Positions 43,301 to 54,630 of a stretch of DNA of 64,000 nucleotides are shown here, piece after piece. Below the pieces are notes generated by a model. The model made no database searches. It saw only the letters and a list, made by a program, of their open reading frames with translations, and was not told the origin of the DNA. Positions within the stretch are counted from its first letter, which is position 1. Each line of letters opens with the position of its first letter. The stretch comes from Podarcis filfolensis (Eukaryota): the NCBI GenBank assembly GCA_964270895.1, contig OZ185442.1; one strand, 5' to 3'. The position numbers were made by a program, and so were the translations under genes.

Positions 43301-46022
43301 CTTGGCAGAAACAAAAGCTACGCCAAGAGGTATGTGGACTGGGGGAGCTGCAGAACAGGCATCAGGTCCCGAAAGCTCCAGGGGCTCTTTCTGGGCAGGT
43401 GTATCTCAGTCTCTGCCCTCTCAGTCTCTGGTGAAGCTGTGGGAGAGGCAGGTGAAAGCTAAAGACCCACAATCCTGGCTAACAGTAGTGAATATGGCAT
43501 TGCTAGCTGGAGTCTGGCAGGTGGTACTTGTGGGAGAACTGATCAACTGGGCAGGGCATGCAATAGTAAACTAGAGTTGTGTTTCTCTTCCCCTGCTGCC
43601 AGTAGATTTAGGCACAGCCCTTAGAATTCTCTCCCACTGCAAGGTGGACACACAATACAACTTTTTTCTGCACCATTCCCCACCAGAACCCTTCGCTATC
43701 TGGAACGGAACAACTGGCTGGACAGAAGCACACGAGTCGTCTTCATTGAGTTTGTTGTCTACAATGCAAATGTCAACCTCTTCTGCGCAGTCACGCTTAT
43801 CCTGGAGGCCAATGGGATAGGCAAGAGCGTGTAGTAGAGACAAAGGGGGCCTAGCCCTGCAATGGGCCTCTGAGGCAGGATGGCTGTCCTGGGGCTGTTG
43901 GGGAGGGAGATGGAGAAAAGGCATTCCCTCTCCCTGGGAGCCAGCCTTGCTTGCAGCCTCCGTGCTTGACCTTGTGCCTGTTTCTGTGACAGGGGCCTTG
44001 TTCAGCAAATCGGAGCTGCAAATTCTCCGCCTCTATCCAGACCTCCAGCTCGTCCTCCAATTTATCTGTGCCCAGATCACCTTTCTCCTGCTCATACTGT
44101 ATTACATCTTTGTGCAGGTGAGCGGAGCCTCTGTGAGGCAGCTTAGTTGCCTTAGCCTAACACCCTCCGGATATTGCTGGACTACAACTTCCATCAACTT
44201 TAGCCAGCACTCTCAAGGTGCCTAGGGTTAGTGGGAGGTATCAGCCAGCACCAGCTCAGGGGAGCTGAGATGTGGAACCTGCAGGGGCCCTCTGGGTGCT
44301 GCTAGGCTCCCATCATTCCTGACCATTGGCTTCCTAGAGCAGTTGGGCATTTGGATTCCAGCAACACCTGGAGTGCCGCAAGAGTGTCATCCCACCTTTG
44401 TTTTAGGGCAGTGTTTCTCAACCTTGGGTCCCCAGATGTTGTTGGACTACAACTCCCATCATCCCTGAGCCTTGCTAGCTAGGGATGGGAGTTGTAGACC
44501 AAAAACATCTGGGGACCCAAGGTTGAGAAAGGCTGTTTTAGAGGGTGGTGGTGTGTGGAGGTTGCTGTATTGCCAGAGAAAGAGCATCACACCACCACTG
44601 CTCCTTCCGCTTGCCCCCCCCCTCCCCAACATGTGGCTGCCTGAGTCAAGCCTGCTTCTTCCATGGGGCCAGCAGGGCCGGCAGTTGAAGCAGCAGAAGT
44701 GGAAGTACTTCAGCAGCAAGAGAAACCTGCTGGATGCCAGCACCATCCTCATAAGTATGGCAGCTATTGGCCTTTATGTGAAGAGGCGCGTGCTGGCAGA
44801 AGGCATCCTGAAGCAGCATCGCCAAGACCGCAACAAGTGAGTGTCTACCATCTGAAACAAGGGGCAGGGGCAGACCCCCACTCAGCAGAGGCAGCTTTCA
44901 CACACCCTAAAGCAAATCTCCCTCCACACCCCTGCCAGGTTCATCAGCTTCTATGAGATGGTGGAAGTTGACTCTGCTCTGACATACCTCATTGCTTTTC
45001 TGGTGGCCTTGACAACCATCAAGCTGTGGAACCTCCTGCGCCTAAATCCCAGAATGCACCTCATCACACAGACACTGCAGAAAGCCTGGGATGAGGTCCT
45101 GGGCTTCCTGCTCACACTTCTGGTGCTACTTGTGGGTTACGCCATTGTGGTAAGAAGAGACCTGCCAACTGCAGGGAAACCAACCAAGGGCGGAGGGAAG
45201 AGCCCCCCCCTTCCTGTGTCCTTATACCCCTCCCCCTACATCACCTTCACTCTCTTGCCATCAGTGCAACCTCATGTTTGGATGGAGCGTAGATGACTAC
45301 AAGACCTTCTTTAACTCAGCTGTGACCATCGTAGGGCTTCTCATTGGAATCTTTAATTATGAAGAGGTGAGTGCCATACAGCCCCACTTTAGGCCGAGGC
45401 ACACTGCCAGGCTGCCCTTCCAGGACACCACAGATCGCAGCAGACCCCCAGCCCCGTTCAGCTCCCAGCTCAGCACCCAGAGAGACCTGCATGGATTTCA
45501 GCTTTCTGGGTCTAGAATGCCATGCTTCCCTGTGCCCTGCAAAGCACAGCACGGCCAACAGCTCTCTGCTAAGTGCATATGTAGACACAGGGGGCATAAC
45601 TGTGCTCTTCATGCTTAGGTCATTGCTGTGGACCCCGTGTTTGGCGCTGTGCTGATTGTAACCAGCGTCATCTCCATGGTGTTTGTGATCATCAACCTGT
45701 TTGTCTCTGCCCTTTTGACGACCTTCAGTCGGGAGATGAAGGCTGCCAAGGTAGGTGTAAGCCCAAGCGGCTGGTGCTGCTCATCACCAGCCACCAGCCA
45801 AGCTTCAATCAATTAAGCCTTCATGAGAAGCTGCTTGTGCCGCAGCCACTCCTCAGGATCTGAGTTCACATATAAGGCATCTCTCTCTCTCCCGGTTCAT
45901 CACAACAGGCCAGCAAGGAGGAATCCATGTTGCAGCTGATTCAACTGAAGATTTCCACCTTGTTTGGAATCAAGAAACAGCCACCCTTCCCAGGAGCTTC
46001 CCGAAAGGAGCCACAGGACTGA
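29368..46022 (+). CDS. PKD1L3: Polycystic kidney disease 1-like 3, complete 11-TM, ~1769 aa, 31 exons
   Basis: Exons: 29368-29656, 30282-30371, 30705-30745, 30898-31329, 31808-31939, 32153-32317, 32536-32669, 33453-33579, 33705-33830, 34041-34269, 34993-35177, 35352-35582, 35894-35995, 36317-36495, 37296-37442, 37895-38088, 38502-38698, 38805-38973, 39161-39353, 40279-40531, 40874-40976, 41100-41243, 42428-42613, 43047-43329, 43687-43820, 43993-44117, 44676-44836, 44939-45149, 45265-45366, 45619-45750, 45909-46022 (5310 nt, no internal stop, one GC-AG intron). Domains: C-type lectin, P/S/T-rich stalk, GPS (CLCNHLTFF), canonical PLAT ([15 protein letters not shown]), TM1-5, TOP ([23 protein letters not shown]), S1-S6. 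Sits tail-to-tail with IST1 as in mammals. Confidence 0.93.
32915..33125 (-). mobile_element. MIR-like/Squam3-type SINE in PKD1L3 intron 7
   Basis: aacaacccatgcaaggtaggttggggctgagagatagtgactggcccaaagtcacc...ggatttgaaccctgg, reverse-strand relative of 4389-4597. Confidence 0.6.
34467..34602. mobile_element. Palindromic hAT-type MITE
   Basis: TIR CAGGCTTCCTCAAACT...AGTTTGAGGAAGCCTG. 8-bp flanks gtatttgg/ctatatgg (6/8). Confidence 0.8.
41597..41827. mobile_element. Tc1/mariner(pogo)-type MITE
   Basis: (A)AGTGGTACCTCGGGTTA...TAACCCGAGTTACCACTG flanked by TA. Same family as 51089-51330. Confidence 0.8.
41957..42279. mobile_element. Non-autonomous hAT element
   Basis: Imperfect TIR (caggagcatag / ctacgccct) with a perfect 8-bp TSD ATCATACC at 41949-41956 and 42280-42287. 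GC-rich interior. Confidence 0.75.
44409..44535. mobile_element. Palindromic hAT-type MITE (further decayed copies at ~44160-44390)
   Basis: TIR CAGTGTTTCTCAACCTTGGGTCCCCAGATG / CATCTGGGGACCCAAGGTTGAGAAAGGCTG. TSD ttttaggg/ttttagag (7/8). Confidence 0.85.
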
Positions 46023-46891
46023 AGTGGCATCATCCCACCTCCCCATTTGGACAGCTCTTTTCTATTCTAAAATGGGAAGGGTCACCATTTTCCAAGTATC
46101 ACTAATGTACATGCTATCTTTAAGAATATCAGAGGTCAGCTGGGCTGGCAAGAAAATCTATAGGGCTTTTCTCCCACTTTTAAGCTGCCCCTCCTGCTCT
46201 TCAGCTAATTTACCATGTGATCTTGACTCAACATTACCTCATGCTACATCCTACTTCCTTTATCCTTGACACGCCTTTGAGTTGTTGGGACTAACCAAGG
46301 CAGAAATCCCCTGCTGCTGCCCTGCAGGTTGAAGAGCAAAACCGATCTTACTGGCTTCCAGCGCAAAGGCCGGTCAAGTCCCTAAACAGCAGGAGCCAGT
46401 TTCTTCTCTGCCCAAAGAGGCAGAGCAAAGGCGGGCTGTTCTTATTTATAGCCAATCCCAAATACTCAGTGGTGCACATCAATTAAGCCTTACAAATCAA
46501 GTTATTTTTCATGTCGCTGAGGAACTCGTTACCTATTGCAGGGCTTAACATCTGAGGAGACAAACAGGGAATTGTAGATTACACTCCCCTACCCAGCCAC
46601 AGATTTGAAGAACTTATATGACAAAGGTGGGTCTGTTGAGATGCACAAAGGATACACAGTTTCAAGGTGAACCAGAGGGAGGAGATAGAAGGGTGGGTGG
46701 GGAAGAAGAGTGACTATTGCCCCTCCCCACCCAGAGAGCTCAGTTTGCCCAATGGGAGAGATCAAATCCATGAAAGGAATCCAATCCTGCCTTTCCTTAA
46801 AGGCAGCCAACCTCCAAGATGCAAGGATCCTTAAGCAGCCCATACCTTAATCCAGAGGGGACCCTTCAGCCTGGCCCAAGCAGAAAGCACT

Positions 46892-47707
46892 TGTCAGAGC
46901 TACCCTAGGTCCCAGCTCACAAAGGACCAACGCTGCTTCGTTGTTAAGTATAAAAGTCTTTATTGAAGTCCAGTTTCACTTCCAGAGCCGCAGCGCGCAG
47001 CTCTACGTCTCAACTGTCAGACCGCTGATGCTCCGTCTGAGTCTCCTCCCCCTTGACACCAATTTAAGATTCTAGCCTTGCTCCACCTTCTCCGCTGCTC
47101 CTTCCTCCTCTGGGTCCGCCTGCCCGCCGGGGTTCCGCCCTTTCTAGCCTCTTCTCCCGCTGATTCCCCTGAGCCTTCTCCCTCCCTCCGGCGGGCTTTA
47201 GGAGCTGGTTCCCCATCCGGGTCTCCTGCTGTTCCGCGTGCCTGCACATTTGAACTTGGCGCGCGCGCCCAGCCAGCAGCTTTCCTCCTGACCGTTTCAC
47301 TGCTGCTGTCACTGTTTCCCCCTTCGGGGGGGCTAGCTGCAACTGACCTCCCTTCCGTTCCCCCACTCTCCGATGGAGGCGTGGTCAGCCCTGACTCCCT
47401 CTCTGGAGGAGACACTGCCCCTGACACATGTGCCTCTTCCCCCCCACTACGCTCTGGTGGGGAAACTGGTCCCGATCCTCCACTGCTGCTTTGGGGTTCC
47501 CCTCTGGCTCCTTGTTTCTGGTGCGTCCCCCCTGGGACCCCCCTTGCCCTGACCATCGGCGCCCCCTTCTGGGAATCTTCTGATTCGCTGGAGAAGCTCA
47601 TGGAATCTCTCGGGCCACTGTCATACTCCCCTACGCTGCCCTCGGATTCTTCCCCTTCGCTCTCCCAATCCTCTCTCCCCAGTGCTCCTGCTCCTGATTC
47701 CCTGACA
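46892..47707 (-). mobile_element. Solo LTR (816 bp)
   Basis: Termini TGTCAG...CTGACA, perfect 5-bp TSD GCACT (46887-46891, 47708-47712), minus-strand AATAAA at 46959-46964, CpG still abundant. Confidence 0.85.
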
Positions 47708-48274
47708 GCACTCATCCCCCTACTCCAACCTGTAAAGGTCAGCATAAATCCTACAAGGGCTAATTTCTCAAGAATGATGGCTTGACAGTTCTATCACATC
47801 ACGGCAGTGAAGGACAACTGCTTCAGCACCCAGGCACTTCCCCGTGCCCTGCAGGACAGGTGGCCCACTCTTCTGAAGATGCCACTGCTGCCACCACCCA
47901 CAATGTCTTGTGGGAAGCAAGTCTAAAGGGAGCCTCATAAATTCGCCTGTGGGTGGTGGTTGTGGGCTGGACTGCAGATCCTCAGGTGTGCGATCCAAAC
48001 TGATAGGACTTGTTCCAAAATATAACTGCGAAGCCAAAGTAAAGGCAACACATTTGCATGCTCCTTTTTGCCAATATTTCCCCTTCCCTCAATAAATAGT
48101 TTAACTGGAAGTGTGACTGTCAGTCTGAAGGAACAGCCATGATAAGAACTGGTGGCAGCTGCCCCTCCATGTTGTAAACATACCATGCCTCCTTTGCTTC
48201 CCCTCCACAACTGCCAGAAGCCAGAAAATATTATGTTTTACTTGAGACAGATCCAGTCAAGGCTATTCCTCAAC

Positions 48275-48280
48275 TTTATT
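48275..48280 (-). terminator. Probable IST1 poly(A) signal
   Basis: TTTATT (AATAAA on minus) about 850 nt downstream of the IST1 stop. Confidence 0.5.
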
Positions 48281-49128
48281 TAGAATTAATAGAGAAGATA
48301 CAAACCAATCAAATTGTCCCAGAAAAGCCACATGAAAGAGTTACATACAGAGTGTTACATGGGAGAGCTGAGGTTGGCTGCTGGCACTGCAGCTGGTCTG
48401 TAAGAGCAGCAGAAGTTGCTGGATGTGTTGCTGCTGCTGTCACCACCACCACCCATGGCTTTGCCCTATAGGCAAGGGAAGAGGCTAGAGAACCAGGAGT
48501 GATGGCACATGTCAAGCAATGGCCCTGAACCCAGCCTGATGCAGAGCCACGTTAAGGCAGAACTGGGCTCACTCAAAGCTAGGAAAATGTGCCTGCTGCT
48601 CTGCAAGCCAGAGGCAGGAGGACCACTGAGCCACGAGGAGTGCAGACTGGTCAACTCCTGTGCCCCACAGCATCCCTCCCCAAAGGAAAGTCATAATGGC
48701 CCCGGAGGGCTCCCTGAGAACGCGCCAGGCAAAACAAAGCTATCAGGGGCCCAGAGCAGCTCCCCTTCCACAGCACATGCCTGGAGGGGGGGGCGCGCTT
48801 CTGTCCAACTACGTTGCCCAGAATCTTCAGGTTGGTGTCCCTACACCACTGTCCAAATGAGAGGCCACCTACATCACTCCCTTTCCCCTCTAATGCCCGG
48901 CTGCAGACTGCAGAGCAATGCATTCGGAGGGATTGTTCCTGCTCCCATCTCAAAGAGGCTGTGCAGTCCCCCACTCCTGGAGCAGAATGTCAGAAAAGCA
49001 GTGGCATTTGGTGTAAGTACAGAAGGAAGAAAGGCCAAGCGGAAGAAGAGGAACGAGCACTTGGCCGTGCTAAGAGGGAAGGAGGAGGCAGCAATCAGGC
49101 CCATCGGCCCCCTGTTCAGGGGCTCTTT

Positions 49129-49558
49129 TTAAGTTTTCTTCTTCAGTTCCTCAAACCTTCGAGAGAGGTCATCGAAGTCAATGTCTTCTGAGGTGGAAGT
49201 GTTGGCACCAGCAGAAGCGGCAGGCAGCGTGTCTGGCACAGATGGCAACTCTGGCAGCACAAAATTATCGCCCGTACTAGGAACTGCAGCTGGTGGCCTC
49301 CCCCTCGGCTGTGGCATTGGGGCTGGTCCTGCAGCAGACAAGAGTGACTGGTTACAAGCAGTGGGCAGGCTCAAGGCAGCGAAGACAGTAGTCTACCTAA
49401 CAGGAGTAGGGGCAGGGGCAGGACTATTCTTCTTTTTGCTGGACTACCGTTAGTATATGTCCTGTAGAAGCAAGCACTTGCTGCACTTCAGTTGAGCCTT
49501 GCAGCTCCTACCAGTTACTACATGGGACCAAGCTTGAAGAGACCCAGTCTCTGCCCCC

Positions 49559-49608
<50 letters not shown>

Positions 49609-52600
49609 TACCTCAGCAACTCAAGAGCAAACACAAGTGAAAGGGACCAACAATAAACACAAGCACCAGCTTTCCCCTGACATCACCACCTCCCTCCCTC
49701 CCTCCTCACTGCCTTGCCAGCTCCACAGCCTCCCCCTCCGGCCCTGCACTCACCGGTCACCTGTGGCGATGGCAATTCCTTGTCAGCACCCATGTCATCA
49801 ATCTGAAACAGAAAAAAGCTGGCTTTGCATGGAGCGCCCCACATAGAACCACCACCTGACAACTCCCTAGAGGCCTACATGCACAGCAGAAGCACCATAT
49901 CTGGTGTTCCCATCTTCTTCATGCAGCCTGGCCAGACAGCAGAAGGAAGGATGAAATGAGGGATCTGGAGGAGGAGGAAGCAGTGGTGGTGAGCCTGGCC
50001 TGGTGGCACCATAGGTGAGGGAGAGCCATTCAGCATGGCTGACTACCTGAATAGGAAGCGGCCCTGGCTATGTCCCCTAAGGATGGCCTGACGGTGCAGT
50101 AGCTCTTCACCATCGCTGGTGGTCTCACCTTCAACCTGACATGAACCACCACCACCAGCAACCACAGAAGTCTGGAGAGCAGCAGCTGAACAAGCGCAAG
50201 TGCATGAAGGTGGGCACATCCCCATTTCCACACTCTCTAGCTGCTCAGCCCACCCCCACATCTCGTCCTCCGCTCATGCCTTCCATGGGCAGCAGCCTGG
50301 ACTCTGAGACCAAGGTGACCTCTGAGTCACTGCCTGCAAGCTCATCCAGGCTGCTGAGATCATGCTGAGGCTCCCTCAGTATCATTATCACGGCCCCTCC
50401 CTCCTGCCTGGTAGACTCAAGTAGCTGCCCTGCTCGCTCCCCTCAGTGGCTGCCTCCTCCACCACCACAATGTCAACCAAGGCGCGGTTGAAGAAGCTGG
50501 AGCAGCTCCTGGTGGACAGGCTGCAGGGCCACTGCTGGACCTCCTGGTCGGCCTCTATACCAAGTGCAGTTGCCACTCGCTGCTCCAGAGGGACAGGCTT
50601 GTCTTGGACTTCCTCAAGTGGGAATGGGACTCCCGATTATTGAAAGTGACCTGGGCAAGTTTCTCCTCAACAATGCCTAGGCAGGCAACATCCCCTGTAC
50701 CACTGGCAGTAGGCCTAAGAGCCCCACCATCTCCACCATGGCCCACTACTCGAGGACCCCAGCCAGTGCAACATCTGGCATTATGTGCATTTATGTGTAT
50801 GTTAATGAACTGAACAGAGTGAAAGTTTATGAGTCATGGGGGTGCAGAGACTGTGTGAATGAACTTAGTGCTTAGCATATTTTTAATTGCTATTTTGTTA
50901 ATTTTTGAATATTGTTTTATAGATTCTAAATGCCGAATTGATTTGTTAATCACATGACTTGCTGTAATTGTGAGGTTTAGCTTATTTTTAGTTGCTGTTT
51001 TGTTAAGTTTTTTATAGATTGCCACTGTTTTATTGAAAATTTGTTAATTATTTTATATGATGTATGCTACATTTGCGACATGCTATTACAGTGGTACCTC
51101 AGGTTACATACTCTTCAGGTTACATACGCTTCAAGTTACAGACTCCGCTAACCCAGAAATATTACCTCGGGTTATGAACTTTGCTTTAGGATGAGAACAG
51201 AAATCGTGCTCCGGCGGCGCGGTGGCAGCAGGAGGCCCCATTAGCTAAAGTGGTGCTTCAGGTTAAGAACAGTTTCAGGTTAAGAATGGACCACCGGAAG
51301 GAATTAAGTACTTAACCTGAGATACCACTGTATGTTTTATTATGTTATGGCTATTTATTGTTTGTAAGCTGCTTTGAGATCATTTGAATGAAAAGCAACG
51401 TAGAAATGCAATAAATAAAAATCAAATCAAAGGTGCATGAAGTCTGCTGCAAGCCCCAATCCAGTGGATGGCAACTCCTCAGTCAGTCCAAGTGGGAAGG
51501 CCTGCCAGTACCCAGCACTAGACTAGGGACAGCAATAGTCCCAGCAGAGAGGACTTGCCCTCCCAGCAATTCATCTTTTGTTTTTCATCAGCAGTACTTA
51601 CAGACTCATATGTTGGAGGTGTTGCTGGAATCTGAGGTGGGTGAAGGCTGGTGAAAGGCTGGTAGGTGCCCACCGGTAGCCCGTTGAAGTGCTCCTAAGG
51701 GGAGAAATTATTAATCAGACCAGCACCCCTTTCTAATGGCAGAATCAGATAGGCAATACCTGCCAGAACAGCTGGAAAACCTTGTTCACACAGCAGGTAG
51801 TGAGGTGTGCTCAGATGCTAACTCACCACAGTAGACTGGTATCCTTCCCCCCCCCACTACCACCCCCAATCCCAACTTTACAGACTCCCCTCCTGTTTCA
51901 AGCAAGACATAGGACTTACTGGTCCCTTTGGAGGTGGGTATGCAAAAGGGGGAGCTGGAGATGGCATGGGCATGGGCATTGGCATTGGCACAACTCCATC
52001 AGGACCAGCCATTGGGGTCATGAAGCCACCGCCGCCACCACCACCTCCACGGCCACCTTTCTTTGTATCATCCACGAATCCCACATCAATCAGGTCAGCT
52101 TCCACGCCTGCGGGAGCCTCAGCCTGGGAAGAGGAAGAAGCTGATGTCACATGTGGGAAAGGGAGCTGCTACTGAGGGAATTGAGAGTGGAACCGCCTCC
52201 CAGTCACTCACCATGACAACAGAGTCTGGCTCATAGGGCACGTTGTAGTTCTTTGCGATCTCAATCAGGTACCTCTCCACCAGGATTTTGGGAGGTGCCT
52301 CTACGCTCAACTTGTGCATCAGCTGGAAGGGAGGGAGGGAAGAGTGAGCCCTTCACTGAGCTGGGCAGGTCAAGAACACTTACCTAGCTAAGAGATATCC
52401 AAGCCAGAAAAAAGATAAATTTCTACCTTGCCTGGTGAAGCACCACAGGCAGGACCACCTGCTGCAAACAACTCATCTTTATGAAGCACTGATATCGTTC
52501 CCTCCCATAAGAACAGCCTGCTGGAGCCGCCTGTCTAGCCCAGCATCCTGTCCTCACAGTGGCCAAACAGATGCCCCAACAAGAAGCCCCTGAGTGGAGC

Positions 52601-54292
52601 AGCAGCAGTGCTCTCCTTCACCTGCGATTCCCAGCAACTGACATCAGGAGCAGATCACTTCTGACAGCAGAGGAAGATGTAGCCATTGTGGTTAGTAGCT
52701 CCTGAGAGCCTTACCGCCATCTCACCCCCATGATGCCCTTCCCATTCCACTCACCCTGTCATTGACAGTCCCAATCTGGTTGCTCCGGCACAACTTGCCA
52801 TACTCTTTGCTGTACTTGGCACAGAGCTGGTCAGCAACCTAGTATGGAAATGGCACACTCAAAACAGAGTCCAGGCACCACTGGCTCCCCTTTATTTAAG
52901 ACAGGGCACAGCAACTATCGCAGCACCCCTGGACAAAAGGTTCAGGAGTTTGGAGACTGGAGCCAACCTAAACTCCCAGATCAAACAAGAAAGTCACCAA
53001 GTTCTCTGAGCATCCTGTGAGGATAGATCAAAGTGTTTTCCCAACTGCTGCCCCCAGATGTCCAGGAAGGTTGAGCAGCCTGCCAAGACACAACTGGCAC
53101 TACTCACCATTTTCAGCTCAGCCACCTCCGCTTGCAGTCGGGGGGCAGCCCAGATGAGGGTGGAGACAGCTTCTGCCAGGCCGGAGTCCAGCTCCCTGAA
53201 GGGACACAAAGTAAGGCAAGAGTGAGCAAGTAGTTGAAAGACAAGGAGGACAAAGAGGTCCCAGACCTAGCAGACCGAGGGGAGGGGACACGTGGCAGGC
53301 ACCCAGCACCCTCTTCCCCATAGGCCAAGACCTTACTTCATAGATTGTATGAGGCCAAAGCGTGCCAGAAGCAAGTCACAGTAGAGCTCCAGGATCTCCA
53401 TGGCCTCCACCAAGTAGTCCTCCCGGATGATGTGCTCCACACGGATGCGAGCCCGCTCATCTTTGCCAGCAGACAGGTAGTCAGCAATTTCCTTCCGTGC
53501 CTTCTGGGCTAGCTCAGCTGCAAGAAAAGGGTTCATCATGGGGCAGCAGGGGAGGCCCACAAGCCTGCCCTGGCCCTGCCTGGGGTGTTTGTGTATGCAA
53601 AGAGAGGGGCTCCACCAAGAAGGACTGTGGGTTGTCTCCAACTAAGTTATACTTAGGCATATTGAAATTAAGTAACCATGTCCATTCAATGAGTATAGTG
53701 GGGCTAGAACTGGACACAAGTCCACAAACCTGAGAACTCTTCACAGAATCCACACCCCCATCCCAATGACCACAATTCTCAGCATCTTTGAAATACAGTA
53801 CACACACACAAGCAATTCCACACTTACACTCTGACATGTCAAAATAAGTTTAAACAATTCTTTTAAAAGATAGTTAAAAATACTCTTCTTAAAAACCTAA
53901 AAACTCCCTTTAAAAAATCAAGTCTTCAAAAAAGTTATACGATCTAAGAAAGTCTTTAAAAGAATCCTTCCAAAAGAATTTAAAAATTATAATGTAGCAC
54001 CTTAGAGACCAACTGAGTAGTATAAGCTTTTGTATGCATGCACACTTCTTCAGATACACTGAAACAACATGTGCAGGCTATAAATTAAGCATCTCTTAAT
54101 TTATAGCCTGCACATGGTGTTGTGGGACACCATGACTACCAGAAACCTCCTGAATCACTACTCTGGTGATGAGGTCAAGGAATTAGGTAGGAAAGTCCAC
54201 TCACTTTTCTTTTTCTCCAACAGTTTGAGGCGATTGATGACAAGACGTAGGTTGACTCGCAAGCGCTCGGCCTTGAACCCAGAGCCTAACAT
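49129..54292 (-). CDS. IST1: IST1 factor associated with ESCRT-III, 365 aa, 9 coding exons
   Basis: Exons: 54292-54205, 53517-53337, 53195-53108, 52838-52755, 52322-52212, 52123-51920, 51694-51602, 49802-49754, 49328-49129, all GT-AG (1098 nt). Protein MLGSGFKAERLRVNLRLVINRLKLLEKKK...ARIRVEHIIREDYLVEAMEILELYCDLLLARFG..., with PMPMPMP tract, MIM2 LPELPSVP and MIM1 DDLSRRFEELKKKT. Confidence 0.97.
49562..49605. repeat. (CA)n microsatellite in IST1 intron
   Basis: Direct reading. Confidence 0.95.
50470..50622 (+). pseudogene. CDC42BPB: Frameshifted fragment of CDC42BPB (MRCK-beta) first coding exon, antisense within an IST1 intron
   Basis: MSTKARLKKLEQLLVD, then after a frameshift LLDLLVGLYTKCSCHSLLQRDRLVLDFLKW. 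Compare the recalled human MSAKVRLKKLEQLLLD...[29 protein letters not shown]. Confidence 0.8.
50860..51425 (+). mobile_element. L2-type 3' remnant interrupted by the mariner MITE
   Basis: AT-rich tract resuming after 51330 as ...tttgtaagctgctttgagatc...gaaaagcaacgtagaaatgcaataaataaa. Confidence 0.45.
51089..51330. mobile_element. Tc1/mariner(pogo)-type MITE
   Basis: TA|CAGTGGTACCTCAGGTTA...TTAACCTGAGATACCACTG|TA. Confidence 0.9.
53993..54065 (+). mobile_element. Penelope-like element fragment
   Basis: gtagcaccttagagaccaact...ataagcttttgtatgcatgcacacttcttcagatac, homologous to 54631-54813. Family assignment from recalled reptile PLE termini. Confidence 0.5.
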
Positions 54293-54630
54293 GGTGTAGA
54301 ATTCCTGCCAAGAACACAAGAGAGAAAAAGCCTACTATCATGTGTGTTAAAGGCAGACAGCTAGCAGTTTCTTGTGTAGATATATTCTACTTGTAATATT
54401 TATACATTGCTTTGCACATTCAGAGCCATTCCAGAGTTATTTAGAATAAAATACAAAATACATTTAAAATTCAAAAAAGTGATACAAATATAAAACACGA
54501 AAAGTGCTCAAAAATTAATCTAAACACAATATTCCTTGCTCTACACAAGCAGGACACCAGTATTCTCAAAAATCTCAATCATCAGCGCTGTCCAAATGCT
54601 GAGAATAACTTTTTTGCATGGTTCTAGATT

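Noticed and set aside
19488-44675. NAGNAG tandem acceptors (19490/19493, 22735/22738, 32535/32538, 44672/44675)
   Set aside because: Common; each changes a single residue. Noted only as +/-3 nt uncertainty in exon starts.
47017-47785. Long overlapping ORFs (242 and 235 aa) on both strands
   Set aside because: They lie in the GC-rich solo LTR, are low-complexity and show no recognisable domain.
51920-52060. Pro-Met repeat and poly-Gly in IST1
   Set aside because: Known feature of vertebrate IST1.
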